The notes: generated from the letters alone by a model not told the origin. DNA of 64,000 bases from Eledone cirrhosa (GCA_964016885.1 OZ024749.1:20274001-20338000); one strand, 5' to 3'. Positions 13,171 through 28,200 are shown, counted from the first letter of the stretch. A program made the numbers and translations.

Positions 13171-16100
13171 CAGAATGCTGAGGACCAGAGGTGTGTTTTA
13201 ACTCCTCAGTAAAGGTGACAGACTGCTGAGGACCAGAGGTGTGTTTTAACTCCTCAGTAAAGGTGACAGACTGCTGAGGACCAGAGGTGTGTTTTAACTG
13301 TTCAGTTAAGGTGACAGAATGCTGAGGACCAGAGGTGTGTTTTAACTCCTCAGTAAAGGTGACAGATTGCTGAGGACCAGAGGTGTGTTTTAACTCCTCA
13401 GTAAAGGTGACAGACTGCTGAGGACCAGAGGTGTGTTTTAACTGCTCAGTTAAGGTGACAGACTACTGAGGAACAGAGGTGTGTTTTAACTGCTCAGTTA
13501 AGGTGACAGACTACTGAGGAACAGAGGTGTGTTTTAACTCCTCAGTAAAGGTGACAGATTGCTGAGGACCAGAGGTGTGTTTTAACTGCTCAGTGAAGGT
13601 GACAGAATGCTGAGGACCAGAGGTGTGTTTTAACGCCTCAGTTAAGGTGTCAGACTACTGAGGACCAGAGGTGTGTTTTAACTGTTCAGTTAAGGTGACA
13701 GACTGCTGAGGAACAGAGGTGTGTTTTAACTGTTCAGTTAAGGTGACAGATTGCTGAGGACCAGAGGTGTGTTTTAACTGTTCAGTTAAGGTGACAGATT
13801 GCTGAGGACCAGAGGTGTGTTTTAACTGTTTAGTTAAGGTGACAGATTGCTGAGGACCAGAGGTGTGTTTTAACTGTTCAGTTAAGGTGACAGACTGCTG
13901 AGGAACAGAGGTGTGTTTTAACTCCTCAGTAAAGGTGACAGACTACTGAGGACCAGAGGTGTGTTTTAACTGTTCAGTTAAGGTGACAGAATACTGAGGA
14001 CCAGAGGTGTGTTTTAACTCCTCAGTTAAGGTGACAGAATACTGAGGACCAGAGGTGTGTTTTAACTCCTCAGTTAAGGTGTCAGACTACCGAGGAACAG
14101 AGGTGTGTTTTAACTCCTCAGTAAAGGTGACAGACCACTGAGGACCAGAGGTGTGTTTTAACTGCTCAGTTAAGGTGACAGACTACTGAGGACCAGAGGT
14201 GTGTTTTAACTCCTCAGTTAAGGTGACAGACTACTGAGTACCAGAGGTGTGTTTTAACTGCTCAGTTAAGGTGTCAGACTACCGAGGAACAGAGGTGTGT
14301 TTTAACTCCTCAGTAAAGGTGACAGACTACTGAGGACCAGAGGTGTGTTTTAACTGCTCAGTTAAGGTGACAGACTACTGAGGAACAGAGGTGTGTTTTA
14401 ACTGCTCAGTTAAGGTGACAGACTGCTGAGGACCAGAGGTGTGTTTTAACTGTTCAGTTAAGGTGACAGAATACTGAGGACCAGAGGTGTGTTTTAACTC
14501 CTCAGTTAAGGTGACAGACTACTGAGGACCAGAGGTGTGTTTTAACTCCTCAGTTAAGGTGTCAGACTACCGAGGAACAGAGGTGTGTTTTAACTCCTCA
14601 GTAAAGGTGACAGACCACTGAGGACCAGAGGTGTGTTTTAACTGCTCAGTTAAGGTGACAGACTACTGAGGACCAGAGGTGTGTTTTAACTCCTCAGTTA
14701 AGGTGACAGACTACTGAGGACCAGAGGTGTGTTTTAACTGCTCAGTTAAGGTGTCAGACTACCGAGGAACAGAGGTGTGTTTTAACTCCTCAGTAAAGGT
14801 GACAGACTACTGAGGACCAGAGGTGTGTTTTAACTGCTCAGTTAAGGTGACAGACTACTGAGGAACAGAGGTGTGTTTTAACTGCTCAGTTAAGGTGACA
14901 GACTGCTGAGGACCAGAGGTGTGTTTTAACTGTTCAGTTAAGGTGACAGATTGCTGAGGACCAGAGGTGTGTTTTAACTGTTCAGTTAAGGTGACAGACT
15001 GCTGAGGAACAGAGGTGTGTTTTAACTCCTCAGTTAAGGTGACAGACTGCTGAAGACCAGAGGTGTGTTTTAACTCCTCAGTAAAGGTGACAGATTGCTG
15101 AGGACCAGAGGTGTGTTTTAACTGCTCAGTGAAGGTGACAGACTACTGAGGACCAGAGGTGTGTTTTAACTGCTCAGTTAAGGTGACAGACTACTGAGGA
15201 ACAGAGGTGTGTTTTAACTGCTCAGTTAAGGTGACAGACTACTGAGGAACAGAGGTGTGTTTTAACTGCTCAGTTAAGGTGACAGACTACTGAGGAACAG
15301 AGGTGTGTTTTAACTCCTCAGTAAAGGTGACAGATTGCTGAGGACCAGAGGTGTGTTTTAACTGCTCAGTGAAGGTGACAGAATGCTGAGGACCAGAGGT
15401 GTGTTTTAACGCCTCAGTTAAGGTGTCAGACTACTGAGGACCAGAGGTGTGTTTTAACTGTTCAGTTAAGGTGACAGACTGCTGAGGAACAGAGGTGTGT
15501 TTTAACTGTTCAGTTAAGGTGACAGATTGCTGAGGACCAGAGGTGTGTTTTAACTGTTCAGTTAAGGTGACAGATTGCTGAGGACCAGAGGTGTGTTTTA
15601 ACTGTTCAGTTAAGGTGACAGATTGCTGAGGACCAGAGGTGTGTTTTAACTGTTCAGTTAAGGTGACAGACTGCTGAGGAACAGAGGTGTGTTTTAACTC
15701 CTCAGTAAAGGTGACAGACTACTGAGGACCAGAGGTGTGTTTTAACTGTTCAGTTAAGGTGACAGAATACTGAGGACCAGAGGTGTGTTTTAACTCCTCA
15801 GTTAAGGTGACAGACTACTGAGGACCAGAGGTGTGTTTTAACTCCTCAGTTAAGGTGTCAGACTACCGAGGAACAGAGGTGTGTTTTAACTCCTCAGTAA
15901 AGGTGACAGACCACTGAGGACCAGAGGTGTGTTTTAACTGCTCAGTTAAGGTGACAGACTACTGAGGACCAGAGGTGTGTTTTAACTCCTCAGTTAAGGT
16001 GACAGACTACTGAGGACCAGAGGTGTGTTTTAACTGCTCAGTTAAGGTGTCAGACTACCGAGGAACAGAGGTGTGTTTTAACTCCTCAGTAAAGGTGACA

Positions 16101-16782
16101 GACTACTGAGGACCAGAGGTGTGTTTTAACTGCTCAGTTAAGGTGACAGACTACTGAGGAACAGAGGTGTGTTATAACTGCTCAGTTAAGGTGACAGACT
16201 GCTGAGGACCAGAGGTGTGTTTTAACTGTTCAGTTAAGGTGACAGATTGCTGAGGACCAGAGGTGTGTTTTAACTGTTCAGTTAAGGTGACAGACTGCTG
16301 AGGAACAGAGGTGTGTTTTAACTCCTCAGTTAAGGTGACAGACTGCTGAAGACCAGAGGTGTGTTTTAACTCCTCAGTAAAGGTGACAGACTGCTGAGGA
16401 CCAGAGGTGTGTTTTAACTCCTCAGTAAAGGTGACAGACTACTGAGGACCAGAGGTGTGTTTTAACTCCTCAGTAAAGGTGACAGACTGCTGAGGACCAG
16501 AGGTGTGTTTTAACTGCTCAGTAAAGGTGACAGATTGCTGAGGACCAGAGGTGTGTTTTAACTGTTCAGTTAAGGTGACAGAATGCTGAGGACCAGAGGT
16601 GTGTTTTAACTCCTCAGTAAAGGTGACAGACTGCTGAGGACCAGAGGTGTGTTTTAACTCCTCAGTAAAGGTGACAGACTGCTGAGGACCAGAGGTGTGT
16701 TTTAACTGTTCAGTTAAGGTGACAGAATGCTGAGGACCAGAGGTGTGTTTTAACTCCTCAGTAAAGGTGACAGATTGCTGAG

Positions 16783-19700
16783 GACCAGAGGTGTGTTTTA
16801 ACTCCTCAGTAAAGGTGACAGACTGCTGAGGACCAGAGGTGTGTTTTAACTGTTCAGTTAAGGTGACAGAATGCTGAGGACCAGAGGTGTGTTTTAACTG
16901 CTCAGTTAAGGTGACAGACTACTGAGGAACAGAGGTGTGTTTTAACTCCTCAGTAAAGGTGACAGATTGCTGAGGACCAGAGGTGTGTTTTAACTGCTCA
17001 GTGAAGGTGACAGAATGCTGAGGACCAGAGGTGTGTTTTAACTCCTCAGTAAAGGTGACAGACTGCTGAGGACCAGAGGTGTGTTCTAACTCCTCAGTAA
17101 AGGTGACAGACTGCTGAGGACCAGAGGTGTGTTTTAACTGTTCAGTTAAGGTGACAGAATGCTGAGGACCAGAGGTGTGTTTTAACTCCTCAGTAAAGGT
17201 GACAGATTGCTGAGGACCAGAGGTGTGTTTTAACTCCTCAGTAAAGGTGACAGACTGCTGAGGACCAGAGGTGTGTTTTAACTGCTCAGTTAAGGTGACA
17301 GACTACTGAGGAACAGAGGTGTGTTTTAACTGCTCAGTTAAGGTGACAGACTACTGAGGAACAGAGGTGTGTTTTAACTCCTCAGTAAAGGTGACAGATT
17401 GCTGAGGACCAGAGGTGTGTTTTAACTGCTCAGTGAAGGTGACAGAATGCTGAGGACCAGAGGTGTGTTTTAACGCCTCAGTTAAGGTGTCAGACTACTG
17501 AGGACCAGAGGTGTGTTTTAACTGTTCAGTTAAGGTGACAGACTGCTGAGGAACAGAGGTGTGTTTTAACTGTTCAGTTAAGGTGACAGATTGCTGAGGA
17601 CCAGAGGTGTGTTTTAACTGTTCAGTTAAGGTGACAGATTGCTGAGGACCAGAGGTGTGTTTTAACTGTTCAGTTAAGGTGACAGATTGCTGAGGACCAG
17701 AGGTGTGTTTTAACTGTTCAGTTAAGGTGACAGACTGCTGAGGAACAGAGGTGTGTTTTAACTCCTCAGTAAAGGTGACAGACTACTGAGGACCAGAGGT
17801 GTGTTTTAACTGTTCAGTTAAGGTGACAGAATACTGAGGACCAGAGGTGTGTTTTAACTCCTCAGTTAAGGTGACAGACTACTGAGGACCAGAGGTGTGT
17901 TTTAACTCCTCAGTTAAGGTGTCAGACTACCGAGGAACAGAGGTGTGTTTTAACTCCTCAGTAAAGGTGACAGACCACTGAGGACCAGAGGTGTGTTTTA
18001 ACTGCTCAGTTAAGGTGACAGACTACTGAGGACCAGAGGTGTGTTTTAACTCCTCAGTTAAGGTGACAGACTACTGAGGACCAGAGGTGTGTTTTAACTG
18101 CTCAGTTAAGGTGTCAGACTACCGAGGAACAGAGGTGTGTTTTAACTCCTCAGTAAAGGTGACAGACTACTGAGGACCAGAGGTGTGTTTTAACTGCTCA
18201 GTTAAGGTGACAGACTACTGAGGAACAGAGGTGTGTTTTAACTGCTCAGTTAAGGTGACAGACTGCTGAGGACCAGAGGTGTGTTTTAACTGTTCAGTTA
18301 AGGTGACAGATTGCTGAGGACCAGAGGTGTGTTTTAACTGTTCAGTTAAGGTGACAGACTGCTGAGGAACAGAGGTGTGTTTTAACTCCTCAGTTAAGGT
18401 GACAGACTGCTGAAGACCAGAGGTGTGTTTTAACTCCTCAGTAAAGGTGACAGACTGCTGAGGACCAGAGGTGTGTTTTAACTCCTCAGTAAAGGTGACA
18501 GACTACTGAGGACCAGAGGTGTGTTTTAACTCCTCAGTAAAGGTGACAGACTGCTGAGGACCAGAGGTGTGTTTTAACTGCTCAGTAAAGGTGACAGATT
18601 GCTGAGGACCAGAGGTGTGTTTTAACTGTTCAGTTAAGGTGACAGAATGCTGAGGACCAGAGGCGTGTTTTAACTCCTCAGTAAAGGTGACAGACTGCTG
18701 AGGACCAGAGGTGTGTTTTAACTCCTCAGTAAAGGTGACAGACTGCTGAGGACCAGAGGTGTGTTTTAACTGTTCAGTTAAGGTGACAGAATGCTGAGGA
18801 CCAGAGGTGTGTTTTAACTCCTCAGTAAAGGTGACAGATTGCTGAGGACCAGAGGTGTGTTTTAACTCCTCAGTAAAGGTGACAGACTGCTGAGGACCAG
18901 AGGTGTGTTTTAACTGTTCAGTTAAGGTGACAGAATGCTGAGGACCAGAGGTGTGTTTTAACTCCTCAGTAAAGGTGACAGATTGCTGAGGACCAGAGGT
19001 GTGTTTTAACTCCTCAGTAAAGGTGACAGACTGCTGAGGACCAGAGGTGTGTTTTAACTGTTCAGTTAAGGTGACAGAATGCTGAGGACCAGAGGTGTGT
19101 TTTAACTCCTCAGTAAAGGTGACAGACTGCTGAGGACCAGAGGTGTGTTTTAACTCCTCAGTAAAGGTGACAGACTGCTGAGGACCAGAGGTGTGTTTTA
19201 ACTGTTCAGTTAAGGTGACAGAATGCTGAGGACCAGAGGTGTGTTTTAACTCCTCAGTAAAGGTGACAGATTGCTGAGGACCAGAGGTGTGTTTTAACTC
19301 CTCAGTAAAGGTGACAGACTGCTGAGGACCAGAGGTGTGTTTTAACTGTTCAGTTAAGGTGACAGAATGCTGAGGACCAGAGGTGTGTTTTAACTGCTCA
19401 GTTAAGGTGACAGACTACTGAGGAACAGAGGTGTGTTTTAACTCCTCAGTAAAGGTGACAGATTGCTGAGGACCAGAGGTGTGTTTTAACTGCTCAGTGA
19501 AGGTGACAGAATGCTGAGGACCAGAGGTGTGTTTTAACTCCTCAGTAAAGGTGACAGACTGCTGAGGACCAGAGGTGTGTTTTAACTCCTCAGTAAAGGT
19601 GACAGACTGCTGAGGACCAGAGGTGTGTTTTAACTGTTCAGTTAAGGTGACAGAATGCTGAGGACCAGAGGTGTGTTTTAACTCCTCAGTAAAGGTGACA

Positions 19701-22700
19701 GATTGCTGAGGACCAGAGGTGTGTTTTAACTCCTCAGTAAAGGTGACAGACTGCTGAGGACCAGAGGTGTGTTTTAACTGCTCAGTTAAGGTGACAGACT
19801 ACTGAGGAACAGAGGTGTGTTTTAACTGCTCAGTTAAGGTGACAGACTACTGAGGAACAGAGGTGTGTTTTAACTCCTCAGTAAAGGTGACAGATTGCTG
19901 AGGACCAGAGGTGTGTTTTAACTGCTCAGTGAAGGTGACAGAATGCTGAGGACCAGAGGTGTGTTTTAACGCCTCAGTTAAGGTGTCAGACTACTGAGGA
20001 CCAGAGGTGTGTTTTAACTGTTCAGTTAAGGTGACAGACTGCTGAGGAACAGAGGTGTGTTTTAACTGTTCAGTTAAGGTGACAGATTGCTGAGGACCAG
20101 AGGTGTGTTTTAACTGTTCAGTTAAGGTGACAGATTGCTGAGGACCAGAGGTGTGTTTTAACTGTTCAGTTAAGGTGACAGATTGCTGAGGACCAGAGGT
20201 GTGTTTTAACTGTTCAGTTAAGGTGACAGACTGCTGAGGAACAGAGGTGTGTTTTAACTCCTCAGTAAAGGTGACAGACTACTGAGGACCAGAGGTGTGT
20301 TTTAACTGTTCAGTTAAGGTGACAGAATACTGAGGACCAGAGGTGTGTTTTAACTCCTCAGTTAAGGTGACAGACTACTGAGGACCAGAGGTGTGTTTTA
20401 ACTCCTCAGTTAAGGTGTCAGACTACCGAGGAACAGAGGTGTGTTTTAACTCCTCAGTAAAGGTGACAGACCACTGAGGACCAGAGGTGTGTTTTAACTG
20501 CTCAGTTAAGGTGACAGACTACTGAGGACCAGAGGTGTGTTTTAACTCCTCAGTTAAGGTGACAGACTACTGAGGACCAGAGGTGTGTTTTAACTGCTCA
20601 GTTAAGGTGTCAGACTACCGAGGAACAGAGGTGTGTTTTAACTCCTCAGTAAAGGTGACAGACTACTGAGGACCAGAGGTGTGTTTTAACTGCTCAGTTA
20701 AGGTGACAGACTACTGAGGAACAGAGGTGTGTTTTAACTGCTCAGTTAAGGTGACAGACTGCTGAGGACCAGAGGTGTGTTTTAACTGTTCAGTTAAGGT
20801 GACAGAATACTGAGGACCAGAGGTGTGTTTTAACTCCTCAGTTAAGGTGACAGACTACTGAGGACCAGAGGTGTGTTTTAACTCCTCAGTTAAGGTGTCA
20901 GACTACCGAGGAACAGAGGTGTGTTTTAACTCCTCAGTAAAGGTGACAGACCACTGAGGACCAGAGGTGTGTTTTAACTGCTCAGTTAAGGTGACAGACT
21001 ACTGAGGACCAGAGGTGTGTTTTAACTCCTCAGTTAAGGTGACAGGCTACTGAGGACCAGAGGTGTGTTTTAACTGCTCAGTTAAGGTGTCAGACTACCG
21101 AGGAACAGAGGTGTGTTTTAACTCCTCAGTAAAGGTGACAGACTACTGAGGACCAGAGGTGTGTTTTAACTGCTCAGTTAAGGTGACAGACTACTGAGGA
21201 ACAGAGGTGTGTTTTAACTGCTCAGTTAAGGTGACAGACTGCTGAGGACCAGAGGTGTGTTTTAACTGTTCAGTTAAGGTGACAGATTGCTGAGGACCAG
21301 AGGTGTGTTTTAACTGTTCAGTTAAGGTGACAGACTGCTGAGGAACAGAGGTGTGTTTTAACTCCTCAGTTAAGGTGACAGACTGCTGAAGACCAGAGGT
21401 GTGTTTTAACTCCTCAGTAAAGGTGACAGACTGCTGAAGACCAGAGGTGTGTTTTAACTCCTCAGTAAAGGTGACAGACTGCTGAGGACCAGAGGTGTGT
21501 TTTAACTGTTCAGTTAAGGTGACAGAATGCTGAGGACCAGAGGTGTGTTTTAACTGCTCAGTTAAGGTGACAGACTACTGAGGAACAGAGGTGTGTTTTA
21601 ACTCCTCAGTAAAGGTGACAGATTGCTGAGGACCAGAGGTGTGTTTTAACTGCTCAGTGAAGGTGACAGAATGCTGAGGACCAGAGGTGTGTTTTAACTC
21701 CTCAGTAAAGGTGACAGACTGCTGAGGACCAGAGGTGTGTTCTAACTCCTCAGTAAAGGTGACAGACTGCTGAGGACCAGAGGTGTGTTTTAACTGTTCA
21801 GTTAAGGTGACAGAATGCTGAGGACCAGAGGTGTGTTTTAACTCCTCAGTAAAGGTGACAGATTGCTGAGGACCAGAGGTGTGTTTTAACTCCTCAGTAA
21901 AGGTGACAGACTGCTGAGGACCAGAGGTGTGTTTTAACTGCTCAGTTAAGGTGACAGACTACTGAGGAACAGAGGTGTGTTTTAACTGCTCAGTTAAGGT
22001 GACAGACTACTGAGGAACAGAGGTGTGTTTTAACTCCTCAGTAAAGGTGACAGATTGCTGAGGACCAGAGGTGTGTTTTAACTGCTCAGTGAAGGTGACA
22101 GAATGCTGAGGACCAGAGGTGTGTTTTAACGCCTCAGTTAAGGTGTCAGACTACTGAGGACCAGAGGTGTGTTTTAACTGTTCAGTTAAGGTGACAGACT
22201 GCTGAGGAACAGAGGTGTGTTTTAACTGTTCAGTTAAGGTGACAGATTGCTGAGGACCAGAGGTGTGTTTTAACTGTTCAGTTAAGGTGACAGATTGCTG
22301 AGGACCAGAGGTGTGTTTTAACTGTTCAGTTAAGGTGACAGATTGCTGAGGACCAGAGGTGTGTTTTAACTGTTCAGTTAAGGTGACAGACTGCTGAGGA
22401 ACAGAGGTGTGTTTTAACTCCTCAGTAAAGGTGACAGACTACTGAGGACCAGAGGTGTGTTTTAACTGTTCAGTTAAGGTGACAGAATACTGAGGACCAG
22501 AGGTGTGTTTTAACTCCTCAGTTAAGGTGACAGACTACTGAGGACCAGAGGTGTGTTTTAACTCCTCAGTTAAGGTGTCAGACTACCGAGGAACAGAGGT
22601 GTGTTTTAACTCCTCAGTAAAGGTGACAGACCACTGAGGACCAGAGGTGTGTTTTAACTGCTCAGTTAAGGTGACAGACTACTGAGGACCAGAGGTGTGT

Positions 22701-25252
22701 TTTAACTCCTCAGTTAAGGTGACAGACTACTGAGGACCAGAGGTGTGTTTTAACTGCTCAGTTAAGGTGTCAGACTACCGAGGAACAGAGGTGTGTTTTA
22801 ACTCCTCAGTAAAGGTGACAGACTACTGAGGACCAGAGGTGTGTTTTAACTGCTCAGTTAAGGTGACAGACTACTGAGGAACAGAGGTGTGTTTTAACTG
22901 CTCAGTTAAGGTGACAGACTGCTGAGGACCAGAGGTGTGTTTTAACTGTTCAGTTAAGGTGACAGATTGCTGAGGACCAGAGGTGTGTTTTAACTGTTCA
23001 GTTAAGGTGACAGACTGCTGAGGAACAGAGGTGTGTTTTAACTCCTCAGTTAAGGTGACAGACTGCTGAAGACCAGAGGTGTGTTTTAACTCCTCAGTAA
23101 AGGTGACAGACTGCTGAGGACCAGAGGTGTGTTTTAACTCCTCAGTAAAGGTGACAGACTACTGAGGACCAGAGGTGTGTTTTAACTCCTCAGTAAAGGT
23201 GACAGACTGCTGAGGACCAGAGGTGTGTTTTAACTGCTCAGTAAAGGTGACAGATTGCTGAGGACCAGAGGTGTGTTTTAACTGTTCAGTTAAGGTGACA
23301 GAATGCTGAGGACCAGAGGCGTGTTTTAACTCCTCAGTAAAGGTGACAGACTGCTGAGGACCAGAGGTGTGTTTTAACTCCTCAGTAAAGGTGACAGACT
23401 GCTGAGGACCAGAGGTGTGTTTTAACTGTTCAGTTAAGGTGACAGAATGCTGAGGACCAGAGGTGTGTTTTAACTCCTCAGTAAAGGTGACAGATTGCTG
23501 AGGACCAGAGGTGTGTTTTAACTCCTCAGTAAATGTGACAGACTGCTGAGGACCAGAGGTGTGTTTTAACTGTTCAGTTAAGGTGACAGAATGCTGAGGA
23601 CCAGAGGTGTGTTTTAACTCCTCAGTAAAGGTGACAGATTGCTGAGGACCAGAGGTGTGTTTTAACTCCTCAGTAAAGGTGACAGACTGCTGAGGACCAG
23701 AGGTGTGTTTTAACTGTTCAGTTAAGGTGACAGAATGCTGAGGACCAGAGGTGTGTTTTAACTCCTCAGTAAAGGTGACAGACTGCTGAGGACCAGAGGT
23801 GTGTTTTAACTCCTCAGTAAAGGTGACAGACTGCTGAGGACCAGAGGTGTGTTTTAACTGTTCAGTTAAGGTGACAGAATGCTGAGGACCAGAGGTGTGT
23901 TTTAACTCCTCAGTAAAGGTGACAGATTGCTGAGGACCAGAGGTGTGTTTTAACTCCTCAGTAAAGGTGACAGACTGCTGAGGACCAGAGGTGTGTTTTA
24001 ACTGTTCAGTTAAGGTGACAGAATGCTGAGGACCAGAGGTGTGTTTTAACTGCTCAGTTAAGGTGACAGACTACTGAGGAACAGAGGTGTGTTTTAACTC
24101 CTCAGTAAAGGTGACAGATTGCTGAGGACCAGAGGTGTGTTTTAACTGCTCAGTGAAGGTGACAGAATGCTGAGGACCAGAGGTGTGTTTTAACTCCTCA
24201 GTAAAGGTGACAGACTGCTGAGGACCAGAGGTGTGTTTTAACTCCTCAGTAAAGGTGACAGACTGCTGAGGACCAGAGGTGTGTTTTAACTGTTCAGTTA
24301 AGGTGACAGAATGCTGAGGACCAGAGGTGTGTTTTAACTCCTCAGTAAAGGTGACAGATTGCTGAGGACCAGAGGTGTGTTTTAACTCCTCAGTAAAGGT
24401 GACAGACTGCTGAGGACCAGAGGTGTGTTTTAACTGCACAGTTAAGGTGACAGACTACTGAGGAACAGAGGTGTGTTTTAACTGCTCAGTTAAGGTGACA
24501 GACTACTGAGGAACAGAGGTGTGTTTTAACTCCTCAGTAAAGGTGACAGATTGCTGAGGACCAGAGGTGTGTTTTAACTGCTCAGTGAAGGTGACAGAAT
24601 GCTGAGGACCAGAGGTGTGTTTTAACGCCTCAGTTAAGGTGTCAGACTACTGAGGACCAGAGGTGTGTTTTAACTGTTCAGTTAAGGTGACAGACTGCTG
24701 AGGAACAGAGGTGTGTTTTAACTGTTCAGTTAAGGTGACAGATTGCTGAGGACCAGAGGTGTGTTTTAACTGTTCAGTTAAGGTGACAGATTGCTGAGGA
24801 CCAGAGGTGTGTTTTAACTGTTCAGTTAAGGTGACAGATTGCTGAGGACCAGAGGTGTGTTTTAACTGTTCAGTTAAGGTGACAGACTGCTGAGGAACAG
24901 AGGTGTGTTTTAACTCCTCAGTAAAGGTGACAGACTACTGAGGACCAGAGGTGTGTTTTAACTGTTCAGTTAAGGTGACAGAATACTGAGGACCAGAGGT
25001 GTGTTTTAACTCCTCAGTTAAGGTGACAGACTACTGAGGACCAGAGGTGTGTTTTAACTCCTCAGTTAAGGTGTCAGACTACCGAGGAACAGAGGTGTGT
25101 TTTAACTCCTCAGTAAAGGTGACAGACCACTGAGGACCAGAGGTGTGTTTTAACTGCTCAGTTAAGGTGACAGACTACTGAGGACCAGAGGTGTGTTTTA
25201 ACTCCTCAGTTAAGGTGACAGACTACTGAGGACCAGAGGTGTGTTTTAACTG
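16783..25252 (+). repeat. Higher-order duplication (about 16783-20596 and 21439-25252), offset 4656 bp (97 monomers)
   Basis: GTTCTAAC at 17086/21742 and AGGCGTG at 18664/23320, with matching variant order where checked. Confidence 0.85.
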
Positions 25253-28200
25253 TTCAGTTAAGGTGACAGAATGCTGAGGACCAGAGGTGTGTTTTAACTC
25301 CTCAGTAAAGGTGACAGACTGCTGAGGACCAGAGGTGTGTTTTAACTGTTCAGTTAAGGTGACAGAATGCTGAGGACCAGAGGTGTGTTTTAACTCCTCA
25401 GTAAAGGTGACAGACTGCTGAGGACCAGAGGTGTGTTTTAACTGTTCAGTTAAGGTGACAGAATGCTGAGGACCAGAGGTGTGTTTTAACTCCTCAGTAA
25501 AGGTGACAGACTGCTGAGGACCAGAGGTGTGTTTTAACTCCTCAGTAAAGGTGACAGACTGCTGAGGACCAGAGGTGTGTTTTAACTGTTCAGTTAAGGT
25601 GACAGAATGCTGAGGACCAGAGGTGTGTTTTAACTCCTCAGTAAAGGTGACAGACTGCTGAGGACCAGAGGTGTGTTTTAACTGTTCAGTTAAGGTGACA
25701 GAATGCTGAGGACCAGAGGTGTGTTTTAACTCCTCAGTAAAGGTGACAGACTGCTGAGGACCAGAGGTGTGTTTTAACTCCTCAGTAAAGGTGACAGACT
25801 GCTGAGGACCAGAGGTGTGTTTTAACTGTTCAGTTAAGGTGACAGAATGCTGAGGACCAGAGGTGTGTTTTAACTCCTCAGTAAAGGTGACAGACTGCTG
25901 AGGACCAGAGGTGTGTTTTAACTGTTCAGTTAAGGTGACAGAATGCTGAGGACCAGAGGTGTGTTTTAACTGTTCAGTTAAGGTGACAGAATGCTGAGGA
26001 CCAGAGGTGTGTTTTAACTGTTCAGTTAAGGTGACAGAATACTGAGGACCAGAGGTGTGTTTTAACTGCTCAGTGAAGGTGACAGAATGCTGAGGACCAG
26101 AGGTGTGTTTTAACGCCTCAGTTAAGGTGTCAGACTACCGAGGAACAGAGGTGTGTTTTAACTCCTCAGTAAAGGTGACAGACTACTGAGGACCAGAGGT
26201 GTGTTTTAACTGCTCAGTTAAGGTGACAGACTACTGAGGAACAGAGGTGTGTTTTAACTGCTCAGTTAAGGTGACAGACTGCTGAGGACCAGAGGTGTGT
26301 TTTAACTGTTCAGTTAAGGTGACAGAATACTGAGGACCAGAGGTGTGTTTTAACTCCTCAGTTAAGGTGACAGACTACTGAGGACCAGAGGTGTGTTTTA
26401 AGTCCTCAGTTAAGGTGTCAGACTACCGAGGAACAGAGGTGTGTTTTAACTCCTCAGTAAAGGTGACAGACCACTGAGGACCAGAGGTGTGTTTTAACTG
26501 CTCAGTTAAGGTGACAGACTACTGAGGACCAGAGGTGTGTTTTAACTCCTCAGTTAAGGTGACAGACTACTGAGGACCAGAGGTGTGTTTTAACTGCTCA
26601 GTTAAGGTGTCAGACTACCGAGGACCAGAGGTGTGTTTTAACTGCTCAGTAAAGGTGACAGACTACTGAGGACCAGAGGTGTGTTTTAACTGCTCAGTTA
26701 AGGTGACAGACTACTGAGGAACAGAGGTGTGTTTTAACTGCTCAGTTAAGGTGACAGACTGCTGAGGACCAGAGGTGTGTTTTAACTGTTCAGTTAAGGT
26801 GACAGATTGCTGAGGACCAGAGGTGTGTTTTAACTGTTCAGTTAAGGTGACAGACTGCTGAGGAACAGAGGTGTGTTTTAACTCCTCAGTTAAGGTGACA
26901 GACTGCTGAAGACCAGAGGTGTGTTTTAACTGCTCAGTGAAGGTGACAGAATGCTGAGGACCAGAGGTGTGTTTTAACGCCTCAGTTAAGGTGTCAGACT
27001 ACTGAGGACCAGAGGTGTGTTTTAACTGTTCAGTTAAGGTGACAGACTGCTGAGGAACAGAGGTGTGTTTTAACTGTTCAGTTAAGGTGACAGATTGCTG
27101 AGGACCAGAGGTGTGTTTTAACTGTTCAGTTAAGGTGACAGATTGCTGAGGACCAGAGGTGTGTTTTAACTGTTCAGTTACGGTGACAGATTGCTGAGGA
27201 CCAGAGGTGTGTTTTAACTGTTCAGTTAAGGTGACAGACTGCTGAGGAACAGAGGTGTGTTTTAACTCCTCAGTAAAGGTGACAGACTACTGAGGACCAG
27301 AGGTGTGTTTCAACTGTTCAGTTAAGGTGACAGAATACTGAGGACCAGAGGTGTGTTTTAACTCCTCAGTTAAGGTGACAGACTACTGAGGACCAGAGGT
27401 GTGTTTTAACTCCTCAGTTAAGGTGTCAGACTACCGAGGAACAGAGGTGTGTTTTAACTCCTCAGTAAAGGTGACAGACCACTGAGGACCAGAGGTGTGT
27501 TTTAACTGCTCAGTTAAGGTGACAGACTACTGAGGACCAGAGGTGTGTTTTAACTCCTCAGTTAAGGTGACAGACTACTGAGGACCAGAGGTGTGTTTTA
27601 ACTCCTCAGTTAAGGTGTCAGACTACCGAGGAACAGAGGTGTGTTTTAACTCCTCAGTAAAGGTGACAGACCACTGAGGACCAGAGGTGTGTTTTAACTG
27701 CTCAGTTAAGGTGACAGACTACTGAGGACCAGAGGTGTGTTTTAACTCCTCAGTTAAGGTGACAGACTACTGAGGACCAGAGGTGTGTTTTAACTGCTCA
27801 GTTAAGGTGTCAGACTACCGAGGAACAGAGGTGTGTTTTAACTCCTCAGTAAAGGTGACAGACTACTGAGGACCAGAGGTGTGTTTTAACTGCTCAGTTA
27901 AGGTGACAGACTACTGAGGAACAGAGGTGTGTTTTAACTGCTCAGTTAAGGTGACAGACTGCTGAGGACCAGAGGTGTGTTTTAACTGTTCAGTTAAGGT
28001 GACAGATTGCTGAGGACCAGAGGTGTGTTTTAACTGTTCAGTTAAGGTGACAGACTGCTGAGGAACAGAGGTGTGTTTTAACTCCTCAGTTAAGGTGACA
28101 GACTGCTGAAGACCAGAGGTGTGTTTTAACACCTCAGTAAAGGTGACAGACTGCTGAGGACCAGAGGTGTGTTTTAACTCCTCAGTAAAGGTGACAGACT

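Noticed and set aside
24071-24439. 122-aa minus-strand ORF of 16-aa repeats (LKHTSGPQQSVTFTEE)
   Set aside because: It is simply the translated satellite. The start is a GTG created by a singleton substitution, and the stop is the common CTACTG allele (CAG>TAG on the minus strand). There is no unique domain or gene context.
27911-28132. 73-aa minus-strand ORF of the same repeat peptide
   Set aside because: Same artefact: a rare-variant GTG start and a polymorphic TAG stop.
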